Source of the DNA: Paramoeba atlantica
Taxonomy: Eukaryota; Protista; Discosea
Length of the DNA: 64,000 nucleotides
Assembly (NCBI GenBank): GCA_977017575.1
Contig: CDRNVI010000140.1
Coordinates: 124,001 to 188,000 of the forward strand
Direction: 5' to 3'
Of this stretch, positions 1 through 11,448 are shown piece by piece (position 1 is the stretch's first letter; the number at the start of each line of letters is the position of its first letter). The notes under the pieces were generated by a model. It did not search any database and was not told where the DNA came from. It was given only the letters and a program-made list of their open reading frames with translations. Both the position numbers and the translations under genes were made by a program.

Positions 1-129
1 GAGTCTTTTAGGAGAGAGAGAGATTTATGCTGTCTTTTGTAATATGTCTCAGGTTCATTTTTTGTTCAACAAAATTCTTTTCTCCTTTAATTTGTTTCTT
101 ACCTTTTTTCTTTCTTTCTTTCCTTTACA

Positions 130-3100
130 GCTGGCAGATGCCAATGAACTCGTCTTGCATGACCTTGAACGGGAAGTTGTAATGACTGAGACAGAAGATA
201 TTTGCATCGGCAGAATCTTTGAATCCCATCTTGAGGTGCACATTTTTCCCCCATCTCCGTTTTGTCTTTCCTTTATTTTAATGTCAACAAAATAGAACTT
301 AATGCCACTCTATGCGATTTTTTGTGTCAATCAATCACGAACAATGCGTTTGCTTGAATTACATAAAGAACAAAATAGCCCTTTTGCTCAGTTTGTCGAA
401 GAGATGATTTCTGATCAAGAGTTGAGTGGTTTACCTCTTCTCAGTTACGTCATCAAACCAGTACAAAGGTTGTGTAAATATCCTCTTTTACTCCGGGAGT
501 TGATAAAAGCAACCCCTCCATCCCATCCTGACCATTTCCCTATCCTTTCTGCGTTTCAAAGAACACAAGAGCTTGTGGATGAAGTCAATGAACTTCAGGT
601 TTTAAATATTTTGGGTGGAAAGAATCTATCTTGAAAATTTACCTTTGTTTGGACAGAGATTATCAGATACAACAAGACAACTATTGGAAATTGAAAAGCA
701 GTTGAATGGAGCGCTTGACACACAATTGCTCAAACCTGATCGGCATCTCATTAAAACTGGCAGGTTTTTTCCCTTTTTCAGTCTTTTTTTTCATTTTTTT
801 CGCCTAACTCTTATTTTTGCAAATTAATAGAGTTGAGAGTGGCCAACAAGTGTGGTTATTTGATGATGCTATTTTATTTGCCGTTCGGCAGCGTAGTATT
901 TTAGGAAATGCCTTTGGAGATGCCTTTTTAGGAGATACCAAGTTCTCTTTCATTTTATTATCTCTCCCTAGCTTTTTTTCTCTCTTTAGCACCTCCTTAT
1001 TTTTCACTCCCTTACAAAATTGACAGGTATGATGTGGAAGTGTTTTTTAGCTTAAAAGGTAAGAATATGAACCTGAGCCAGTGTGAAGATGGTAAAGTTA
1101 ATACGGAATTGGCAATTGATGGGCAGGTATATTTTTCTTTTCCACAAAAATCAAAGAAGTTAGGAGAAAGAGACATTCTGGAAGAAGAGGGAAGAGAGAG
1201 AAAAAAATCCTCTGAGTTGTGATAAAAACAGATTCTGTATTCTTTTGTTATTGGAGAAAATTCTGTAGAGTGGCCGAAGGCAATTCGATCTTCGATTGAT
1301 CGCGCAAACGGATCGAAGTTCTTCTGCTGTTCTTTTTTTCTCTATTATTTCGTTTTCTGAATGAACCTAAACAGATGTACTTGCTCAACTTGTGCTGGAG
1401 TGGCAAATCCCCCGCCCAACAGAAACTATGGGACAGAAGAAGAAGGGGCTAAAATTTGTTTGAAATATGTTGATCCGGAAGAACGCATTTTGGGTTGGAA
1501 TAGTCTCACCATGAGGACCCTTGTCCTTGAGTCAGGGGGTTTTACACTCCGTTCTGATGAATCTCAGGTTAATTCTCATTCCTTTCTTTGGTAATAAGGG
1601 TTCGAAAAAAGGATTGGGTAAGTGAATGTTAATGATGACCTTTTTTTTATTTTCAGAAACGATATTTATATTTGTTTACTGATGCATTGGTGATTACGGA
1701 ACGAGTATCAGCAAACTTTTTTGCCTTTAAAAAATTGATTATTTTGAAGAATCTTCGAGTCTTGGAGACAGAGGTTTTCTTTCTTTTTTTCCCTCCTTTC
1801 CTTTTTGTTCTCTCTTTCCTCTGAGATAACCATCCCCTGTGAATAGGAGAAAAATGGCCTCCCGCTTGTGTATGTTCGGAAAAATGGGCGTTATCTCTCC
1901 TCGACTTTCAATTGTAATCGAGAAGTTGCAGCTCTTTGGATCGAAGTTTTGAAAGAAGATCTTAAAGTTAAAACAATAGCTGAATCTGTACTCTTTTTTG
2001 AACTGTCTTGAGTGTGACTCCTCTTTTTCTGATTCCCAAATAACAGGAAATTTCATCGCGAAAAAAGAGAGGAATCAAAGAAAGACTCAGTTCATCTTCA
2101 CAACAACAAAGACAAATTAGGGGACTTAGAAAAGATTTGCGGCAATCTCATGATGGATCAGAATTTTCTTCTGTTTCTGCTTCCACTCCTAATCTCACAA
2201 CAACCCCACCTACTTCTCCCTTCGGCTCTCTCCGTTCAAAAAACAAAAAGAAAATCGAGCTTGGAAGTGTCTTCTCAAAAACAAAGGAAGGAAGTGGAAA
2301 GGAGGAGAAAGAAGAAGGAAGGGCATTTCCGGGTATTCGGATGGGAGCTCCTGCTTCTCCTTCGGAGAGTGTGCCTGATATGAAATTAACTCGAAAGGTA
2401 TCATTTTTCTTCTTTTCTTCTTTTCCACCTCTTCTCTAATTTTTTTGGTTCTTAGACATTCGAAAAAAGGTCGTCTCAATTGAAAATGGTTTTCTTTTTT
2501 CTCTTTGATTTTTTGTATTCTTTAATTCATGGTTTTTACTAATCACTTTTTTCATAGAAATTGCAAAAGCAGCGCTCCAAAGACAATCGTTTGGGACCAA
2601 CCAAATGTAAGTGTTGCAATGAAGTAGTCACAGAAGATCATTTTGTTTGTCTTGATTGTAAGAAAACCACTTGTGGTCTTTGTCTCTTGAAGAAAAAGTG
2701 TCATCTTTGTCAGGGTCGTGATTCTTGCCCACGACAAGCATTATCTCCCACCGTCGGATCCCCTATCGGAACACATTTAGCACCCTCGTCTCCAAATCCT
2801 TTACCTTTATCAAATTCGCCAGTTGCAGCTTCAGGGGTTACTTTTTCGCCTTCACAGGGCCCTGCAGTTTCGCCACTTCGTAAGACGTCGTTTTCACTCT
2901 CTGGGCAGTCGCCTTCAACCAGCCCAGAGCCGAGCAGAGAAATTGAATGCCCTCGCAAAGTCTTCTCTGAGACTCCAAATTCTCCATCCTCAACCTCAAC
3001 AGAGAAAAGTCCCTCGACAGAGAAGACTCCCCCTCAAGAGTTCTCGATGGAGAAGAGTCCTTCTCCTCTCTCTCTTGCAGCATCCCCTCCTGCATCAAAT

Positions 3101-3721
3101 GTAGGATCTGTTTCTCCGTTGAATCCCTCAGTACCAAAATCACCTCGAACAAAACACTCTCCAAAAGCGGTTCCTTCAAAACCTCTTCCTCCACCTCCAT
3201 CAAAGGCGCTCCCTGCGCCACCTTCCAAACCTCTTCCTGCACCTCCATCAAAGCCTCTTCCATCTTTACCCCCAAACTCCTCCTCTCCTAGTTCATCAAG
3301 TCTCATAAGCCCTCGAAATACCTCAACTGATTCCTCTTCACCTCTTTCCCGTTCCTTTGAATCCGGACCACGGATAACCCGAATCTTTGACAAAGACCGA
3401 GATGATGGTGTTGCGAATGATAGCAAAAGTGTTTTGAAGAGTGGATTTTTGACCAAACAAGGAGGTAATTTCAAGTCATGGAAGAAACGATGGTGTGAAT
3501 TGGAGAAAGATGCGTTGTTGTATTATCGAGGGAATTGTGCCACTTCATCTAGTTTGTGTGGAAAGATCGAGTTGGAGGGTGCTGTTGTTCAAGAACACAC
3601 TTCAACTCCTCGAAAATTTACATTTGAAATTCAAACAAGCGCTCGTTTGTATTTCCTGACTGCTGAATCAGAAGAAGAGACCAAAGAATGGATTCAGGCT
3701 ATTAACGACTCAAAAAAGTGA
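130..3721 (+). CDS. RhoGEF (DH-PH) protein with additional PH domain(s), Cys-rich finger and Pro/Ser-rich linker; 5'-truncated by the window edge, multi-exon
   Basis: The DH C-terminal motif LLSYVIKPVQRLCKYPLLLRELIKATP (302-634) is followed by PH-like exons (QVWLFDDAILF). The last exon (ORF 2561-3721) has CKCC..CLDC..CGLC..CHLC, PxxP repeats, and a terminal PH domain KSGFLTKQGGNFKSWKKRWCEL...EWIQAI; stop TGA at 3719-3721. Internal exons were not fully resolved. Confidence 0.85.
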
Positions 3722-3895
3722 CTTTAACAAAAAGAAAGGTCATTGTAAAAAAAGAAAAATCAAAGTTGAATAAAAAAAATGACAACAAAATCTCTTCCCT
3801 TCTCTTTCTCCTCTCTTTTTCCTCCAATTTCTTGAAAACTGTGTTCTTTTGCTTCTCGGTTTTTTTTTTCTTTTTTTTGTTCAGGGGAAAAGAGT

Positions 3896-4894
3896 ATGAG
3901 AGAGATGACTTCTTTCCCAAAAGAGGATGCAACTTTTCAATTCAAAAACCCTCCAAGGTCGGTCCTGTTGGTCAAAAAACCAGACTCGATGGTGGCAACT
4001 TCTTTTCTCATCGCTGCTTCTCGCTATCTTGTTGAAGAGAAGAAATTGCATGTTTTTGTTGAACCAGATGTTTTGAGTCAAGAGATCCCAAACCAAAAAA
4101 AGACTTTGAAATCTTGGAAGAAAGGTTCTGGGGGAGAAAAGCTCTCTCTTTATATTGATTTTATTGTTACGATTGGAGGAGATGGAACTATTTTACATGC
4201 CGCCTCTCTTTTTCCGAACCATTGTCCACCGATCTTGGCTTTAAATTTCGGTTCTCTTGGCTTTCTCTCTCCTTTCTCCCCGAAAGAGTTTCGACCAGTA
4301 ATTGAAGAGATCCTTTCCGGGAATCCAATGAAGATTTGTAATCGACAGAGGATAATGTGTAAAATTGTGAACAAACATGAACAACAAATACACCAAGCTG
4401 TTGCAATGAATGAGATTGCCATCACGAGTGGTTCGTCAAGCCTTTGCACAACAGAAGTTTCAATGAATGGTCAGTTTGTAACTCGAATTGATGCGAATGG
4501 GGTTTTGATTGCCACTGCAACTGGATCTTCTGCTTATTCTCTTTCGGCTGGAGGGGCTTTGATGCATTCGACAGTTGAAGGAATGCAATTAACACCAATT
4601 GCAGCCCATTCTCTCACTTCCAGACCCATTATTCTCCCAAAAGATGTCCATTTGCAAATCAAAGTTCCAGATTATTCGAGATATGGGGCGATTGTCTCGG
4701 TGGATGGGAAAGCTGATGTTCCTCTTGATACGGGGGACTTTGTTGAAGTGACTGCGGCTCCTCATCCTTGCCAATGTTTCTCTCGTGTTTCTTCTCTTGG
4801 AGATTGGATTGAAAGTCTTTCTGAATGTTTGAGTTGGAATGCTGACCGAAAGAATCGAGGGGAGAGAAGAGGGTATGAAAGAGCAAAACTCTGA
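3896..4894 (+). CDS. NADK: NAD(H) kinase, intronless, C-terminal PTS1-like AKL
   Basis: Contains the NADK signatures IGGDGTILH, GSLGFL, NE (AMNEI) and GVLIATATGSSAYSLSAGG; ends ...ERAKL*. Confidence 0.93.
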   Translation: MREMTSFPKEDATFQFKNPPRSVLLVKKPDSMVATSFLIAASRYLVEEKKLHVFVEPDVLSQEIPNQKKTLKSWKKGSGGEKLSLYIDFIVTIGGDGTILHAASLFPNHCPPILALNFGSLGFLSPFSPKEFRPVIEEILSGNPMKICNRQRIMCKIVNKHEQQIHQAVAMNEIAITSGSSSLCTTEVSMNGQFVTRIDANGVLIATATGSSAYSLSAGGALMHSTVEGMQLTPIAAHSLTSRPIILPKDVHLQIKVPDYSRYGAIVSVDGKADVPLDTGDFVEVTAAPHPCQCFSRVSSLGDWIESLSECLSWNADRKNRGERRGYERAKL

Positions 4895-5246
4895 AAGAAA
4901 AAAAAAACAAAAAATTGATTTGAAAAAAAAAAAAGAAAAAGAAACATTGTAAAAAGACAAAAAAGTTTTTTCGCAGTACCAAAAAAACAGGGCCCTATTT
5001 TTTTGGATTGGTTTTGCTTGTTCGGTTTCTTTTTTTTGTGGGGTTTTTCTTTCTTTTTTTTGTTGTTGTTTTTTGTTGTTTTGGGTTGTATTTTTGTGTG
5101 TGTTGGGAGTGAGTCTTTATTCCTTTTTTCGGTCTCTTGTGTTTTTTTTTTTGTGTGTATTTGTGTATGGGTCTCCTTCCTCCTTCTCAACAAATCTGAT
5201 TGGTGTGTCATTTTCGATCGTCTGCTTGTTTTTTTTATCTTGAGAG

Positions 5247-7869
5247 ATGAGCCAGACCGACTTCTTCTCGTCTCGAAGACCGAACTCAGAGCAATCCCCA
5301 CAACTCGAATTACACGAAGAAATCTCTCAAAATGGCCCTCAGGATCGCCCATCACCAAGAAATCTCCGAATCCTCCCAAAAGATGGGTCACAATCACCAC
5401 GCCAAAGACGAGAAGCGATTTCACCTCGCGGACAACGAACCATCTCACCCCATCGCAGCAGAAAAGATGGGAGTGAGTCTTTATTGTCTAACTCTCCAAC
5501 TCGATCTTCTTCTGGGGGTTCGTCGTCCAGAGAGCTTTCCGTTTTGTTTCAAAAGGTTGAGCTGTTTGTGATCGAGGGAGATGATGATAAACCTGTGCTC
5601 AATCAATTCTATATCTCGGAAGATGTCAAACAACTCTTTTGGGGGCCTAGTGGGAGTGATTCTTTTCGCTCGATTGAGACTGCGAATGTTCATTCTTTTC
5701 AACCTTGTTTTGACGCAAGTTTGTCGAACTACGAACTTCGTTTCTCCATCAAATTCATGTTAATCAAACTCCAACTGATGTGTACGGATCTCGTTCAGTT
5801 TGACAAAGTCTCCAAAGCATTCAAGGCTCTCATACGTTTATGCCAGGCAGTCTCTGGAATGAGCTTTGAACCTGTTGATGTGGAAATCCTTGAATCAATT
5901 CCTCGAACTAGAAACGCGACGCCAGTCTCTTCTTCTCCAGTTCCTCGAATAACAGGACTAGGGCCCGGCTCTCGTCCTCGAAATGATTCTCCATACTCGA
6001 ACCAAGACCTAATGGCAATTTCTTCATGGAAGACTCTTAATTCTCTTTCTCTTCCCCAAATTGAAAATGTACAAAGTCTAGGGCAAGACAAACTACAAAT
6101 TCTACTCAGTAGTTATCGACTTGAAAACCATTCAGAGGATTCAGGATTATCGATTTTTGTTGATCAATTGAAGAATTTTCGAAAGCAGTTTCATCAATTT
6201 TTTAATCAAGCTCTTCAATTGGCTTCTGTTGTTTCTGAAGCAATTGATTCGCATGGATATCGTGAAACATTTTCCGTCTTTTTTCACATTTATGGTGGTC
6301 GAGGTGGGGCTGTTGGACCAATCTTAGAACCAAATGTTTTTGAGCAATCTACCCGACTGTTTCAGAATTTCCATAAAATTCTTTCGTTTTTGGTTTCTTC
6401 TGAAGTGGAAGAAGAAAATTGTGATTCTCAAAAGAAGAAAAAACTCAAGCAACTCTTTCGGTTTCCCTCTTCAAAACAAAAGTCATCAAAATCGAAGGTT
6501 GAAGATCGAAAGGAGAGTGAAAGAAGAAAAGTTGACAAAGGATCGCGAAACGATGAGATTATCCATGATGTACAAGTTGTAAAAGAGCTTCTTTCTTTTT
6601 TGGAGAGTCATCTCGAAGATCCATCAGGATCAATTGTTGGGAAAGTTCCTTGTGAAGAGTTATTAAATGAAGTTTCTTGTTTACAAACACTGGCAGCTCT
6701 TATTCGCGAACAGAATCGATACAGTACTCATCAAAAACAAGAAGAAGACAAAAATTTGAGAGCGATATTCAAGGAGATGCAATCAAGCTCCACTGGAGTT
6801 CCAATGAAAAAGAGGTATCTTGGGTTTCGAAGTATTGATAGTTGTGTTTCAGGAAAGGATCTTATTGTTTGGATTGTGGAGAATCGATCAATGAATAAAA
6901 CGGAAGCTCTTGGTCTTGCACAACAATTATTTAAGAACGGATTTTTGGTCGCAAGTGAACCAACTTCTTCTTCATCTTCAACTGACTTTCGAGCTGATGA
7001 TTTTTTTTATCGTTTGCAAGAGCCACCTCCTCTGGAAACTGACGGGACGACTGAGTTTGGACTTGTGTCATCTCTTGAGAGTGGATCGATGTTCCGTTCT
7101 GCTTCTCCGATGCCCCACTTTGATGCCCCCGCTTTTAGTTCTACGAGAAAGTCGTCAACTCAAAAACGAAAATTTGAAGCTTTTGTACAAAAACCTCAAG
7201 AAGAAGCTCGACCTTCTTCCCCAGGGAACAGTTGTCTTGTTGCGAGCCCCTCCTTTGGGGGTTCACAAACAAATGTTTTTCCTGAAGCTGCCCATCTTTC
7301 TCCGATTACTTGTCTAAACCCAAACCTGGCGCAGTTCCCAAACCGACTCCAAATTATTAAACGAGTTGTGGAGTGGTCTGAACTTCTTCAAGATCAAAGC
7401 GAAACAGTTCGAGAAAAAGCTGAAAACTTTCTTGAAAGTGAAGTTTCTGAAATGACAAGGATATTGAAAGCGGAGGAGGAATTGGAGCGGGTTTGGGAGG
7501 GGCGGGATCTCAGACTTGGGGATATTGTCATGGGGGTGATTCATGGACAAGGACAGAAAGAACAACTTGTTTTTTGTCGTTTTCTTCAGGGTCGAACTGG
7601 TGGGATGAGTGTTTATACTAGTCCGAGAGAGTCCAAGAAGAATTTGACTCTTCTTTCTTGGAAGCAGGCTGCTCCTATTCCTGCCAATTGGAAGGAGCTT
7701 CTTCAAGGTTTTTTTTTAGACTTTTTTTTATTTTCTTTTTATTTATTTTCTTTTTTTATTTTAAATAAAAAAGATGAAAAGTGTTTCTCTTCTTGTTTCT
7801 AACAATTCTCATGTAGATGGTTCTCAGCGCGCTCTTTCCCAACTTGTTGATGGCTCAGAAAAGCCTTAG
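5247..7869 (+). CDS. DEP-domain signalling protein (N-terminal PH-like region); 2 exons
   Basis: The 851-aa ORF contains a DEP-like segment KRYLGFRSIDSCVSGKDLIVWIV..TEALGLAQQLFKNGFL..FRADDFFYRL. A GT donor at about 7708 joins an AG acceptor at 7816, giving a short last exon DGSQRALSQLVDGSEKP*. Confidence 0.7.
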
Positions 7870-8395
7870 TCTTTTCCCTTTTCTGCCATGGTGTTGTTGA
7901 TAATATTATTCTATTTATGTTTTCTGGGATGTCTTTCCGAGGAGGTGGGCATCAAGAAACGAGAGAGAGAGAGAGGAAGAGAAAGGACAAAAGGATCAAA
8001 AATCAAAAATTAATTCTAAAACCAAAAGCCCCAAAAAAACCCAAAAACCAAAAAAAAAAACCAAAAACTTTTCATTTGATCAATCAATCACCAAAACCAC
8101 CCCCTCCCCCATGGAGAGAAAGAACTATTTCCTCCCCCCCTCCCCCCCGAAATACAAAAATGTGGAAAGAGGAAATTCCTCTCTCACCAATTCCCACATT
8201 CCCTTCATTTGCACTTCAAAAAAATTATCCACCCTCAAAAAAACCAAAATCGATTTTTCTGACCTTTGTTTTTTTTCCTCCGTTTGTTTTTGAAATTTCG
8301 GATTGCTTGCTTTTTTTTTTTCCTAAACCCTCTCTCCTCTCTTCTCTCTCTTCTCTCTCTCTCTCTCTTTCGATTTTGATTTCCTTTTTTTGAGA

Positions 8396-8605
8396 ATGTC
8401 TGGTTCTAGACGAAGAGAGCAAGTCTCCATAGCTGCTGGTTATTTCAACTGATTCGTTTTACTTTTCTCATTTTTCTCTTTTTTCTTAAGGTCTCTCCCA
8501 AACAGAACTTCAAGAACATAGAAGTGAAAGGATTCGAAAGTTGGCATCAGAAGTTCTTCAAGTAGAGCGCCTTGTCTTGGCCCAGATCTCTCCAGTTTTT
8601 TATTC

Positions 8606-8644
<39 letters not shown>

Positions 8645-11378
8645 TCATTTTTTTTCATTTTTTTTCATTTTTTTTCATTTTTTCTTATCTCTTTTCTGGA
8701 AGAAGAGAGGAGCATCGAAATCTGAGATCCGAATCTCAAATGCCGTTCTCAAAAAGAGAAACTCTTTGATGAAAGTTTTTATTTCTCTTTTCTTTCTCTC
8801 TCATTCCTTTCTTTTCTTTTGTTAGCTTCTCTATTCATTTGTTCTCTCATAGAAAGAAATCGAGTTGTTGGAAAGGCGTATCAATGAGAAAAAACGGCTT
8901 TTGGTTTTCTTTTCTTTTTCCCCTCATTCAAGAAAACAAATTGATCACAACTAACACAAATTCTTACAGTCAGCTCACAAAACAAGAGTCAGAAACAAAG
9001 TAAAAGTTGGCAATCCCTCTCCACCCCTCAAAAAGCTTTCACCACTACCACAACAACAAAGCAATGAGCGATCAACTTCACCAAAGAAAAGAGCCCCTTC
9101 TCCTCGTCCAAGGAAACAATCTCCTCGCCCAACAACACCAACACTTACTCTCCGACGATCTCCATCATCATCAACATCATCATCAGCACAAAAAGATTCC
9201 TTCTTGTCCAATACGATGAAAAAATACTTTCGGAGAGCCACTCCTCTTTCTCCCAATTCCTCTTCTTCCCCTACCTCCCCCACATCTCCTTCTTCTTCTT
9301 CTTCTTTTTTCTTATCTCTCAAATCATTCTCCCCATCACACAACACAACACAACAACAACCAAATAAATCATGGACAAAATCAGCAGACGAACCAAACAC
9401 CAATACAACAACAACAACAACAACAACACCAATCAATATCATCAAAGCAAAGAGAAGAAGCTCTCATTACAATCCCCCCAAAAATCGTCCAAGATCAAGT
9501 ATTCTTGATTCTACTTCGACGAGATCAAGCCACCTTTCTCATCGAATTTCTCGTTCTTCTTCTGATCTTCAACTTAACAAATCGCAAGAAAATATTGATT
9601 CGACCCCAACTCCCCCTTCTCCTTCTTCTTCTTCTTTTGATTCTTCAAACCTTTCTCCTTCTAATTCTTCTCCTTTGCCTTCTCCTCTCACAATCAGAAC
9701 CAACACCAACCAACGTCTTCTCTCAAGAACCAACCCCACCCCTCCCCCCCAATTTCAAAACAAAAACAAAGATGAAGAACCAAAAGTGATCCTTTCAATG
9801 AGTGACCATCGACCAGGAGAAACATTTCAAAAGAGATGGAGACAAAGAAAGGGAACCAAAAAAGAAACAAATTCTTCTGAATTTTTACTCTTGAGTTATT
9901 CAACAATTCGACATTGTTCTCTGTGTGCAAAAGAATTGTCACAACTTTGTCCTGATTTGTTGTTGTTGTTGAGGATTTCTCAAAAGACGGATTTATTTTG
10001 GAGCTTTGATCCTTTATCTGTTTCTTTGATTCCCGAAATAACTCTTCCTTCTTCTCTCTCTTCTCTCTCTTCTTCATCTTCTTATGGTTCGTTGATTGAG
10101 TGTGCTCGACATTATCCTGCCTTACTAGGGAAACCAACCAATTCCAAACGTGTTGTGAGTCAGAATTTTTCGAAAGCAGGTTTCCTTCCTTCTTTTTTTT
10201 TCCCTTTTTTTTCTTTCTCCTGTTTGAGAAACTAATACTCGAAACAAATAGATGAGGGAAACAGAGGATGTTATGTTGTTGCTGCCTGCCATGATTTATT
10301 TTGTATCGGAATCGGTGCTTCACCCAGCAAGCAAAGAGAAGAAGAAACTCAAAACTCCAAATCTCCAAAAAATGCTGTTCGTTTTGTTGTTCCTTTTGTA
10401 TCTTCGGTGATGCACACTCTTCAGACACGATTCCTTTCTTCTCAAGTTCCAGGACCACCAGTTCCACCAAGATCACAAAAGAGACCAACTTTTTCATCTC
10501 CATCTCCAAAATCACAAGAGATATTGACAGAGAAATCTGCGACTTTGACAACACACAGCCTCCTTACTGTTCTCTTTGAGGCTCTTGATGCTTCTTCACA
10601 AGCCATTACAATGTCGAATGGGGTTAGTTCTGCAATAACTGGTTCTTTTCTTTATTTCTTCTTCCTTCTCTATTTCTTTTAAAATCTTTTTTTTTATTTT
10701 GGTTATGCTTGAATAATCATTTTTATTCCTTCTCAAGGGGGAGTTTTAACAAGGGTCCATCCTTCCCTTTTGGTAGAGGGCGGACAAGAAACTGGAAAGA
10801 TCACCATCCCTCCATTCTTAAAATGGGCATATATTGGCCTCACACACGGGAATTCCACTGTTTATCGTTGTTGCTTCCAAACTGGACAGACGAAAGAGAT
10901 CTCTCGAAAAAAGAGACACCAAAATTCAGGGACTTTGGGGGAAGATTTTCGATTTGAAGGATTAGAAATATGTTTTTGTTTTCTTTCAGAAGGAGACTTC
11001 TTAATCTTTCTTTCTGATGAGGTCCTCCGTTGCCTCGATCCAATCGCTTTAAATGTGTCCCCAGCTTTTCTTGGATTTTCTTCTAACTCCTGGATTGTGA
11101 TCCCTCCAGAAGAGGCGGAAAGCTCAAGACGAAAATTTCGCGAAGAAAGGCTCACTCAGATTTTGGGGGAGTCTTTTTTCAAAAAAGAGTTCTGTGCCAA
11201 ATCTATTTCTAATTCGATCTTCTCTTATGCCAAGTCAACCCTTGGCCTTTTGCATCCCAACGAGTCAGTCTTCGAAGAGAAGCCAAGACAGGCAGATCCG
11301 AGTCTGAATTTTGAAGAGGAAGCATACATCGTGACTATCCAAGCAAAATCAGAATTTGAAGGCGAACGCAGGACTTGA
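8396..11378 (+). CDS. Multi-exon protein with Ser/Thr/Pro-rich N-terminal half and a C-terminal PP2C(PPM)-like domain of the CG9801-like type, probably degenerate
   Basis: ATG at 8396, short exons, an open frame through about 8983-10190, then exons to TGA at 11378. The C-terminal KWAYIGLTHGNSTVY and EGDFLIFLSDEVLRCLDPIALNVSPAFLGF resemble PPM motifs (SVGDCKAF; DFIIIVSDGVHDNLDP..LG.SP..LG). Recognised from memory, not searched. Confidence 0.5.
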
Positions 11379-11448
11379 AACAAAATGAAGGGACCATAAT
11401 GAACAGAGAGTAATTTCCCCCCAACCTTGTGCTTGCAACATTTTCTCT

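Noticed and set aside
3700-3900. Possible splice-through fusion of the RhoGEF to the NAD kinase (AG acceptor at 3884)
   Set aside because: The GT overlapping the GEF stop is phase 2, but entry into the NADK frame at 3885 needs phase 1; the phase-2 product stops at 4035.
4762-5476. Long ORFs on both strands in the track (4762-5448 minus, 5003-5476 plus)
   Set aside because: They are poly-K or poly-F translations of A/T-run intergenic DNA or antisense shadows of real genes; no domain signal.
7917-8393. 158-aa ORF upstream of the 8396 gene
   Set aside because: Low-complexity K/P/S sequence from A- and C-tracts; most likely promoter or intergenic.
8600-8700. (TTTTTTCATT)n tandem array
   Set aside because: Intronic simple-sequence slippage, typical of this T-rich genome.
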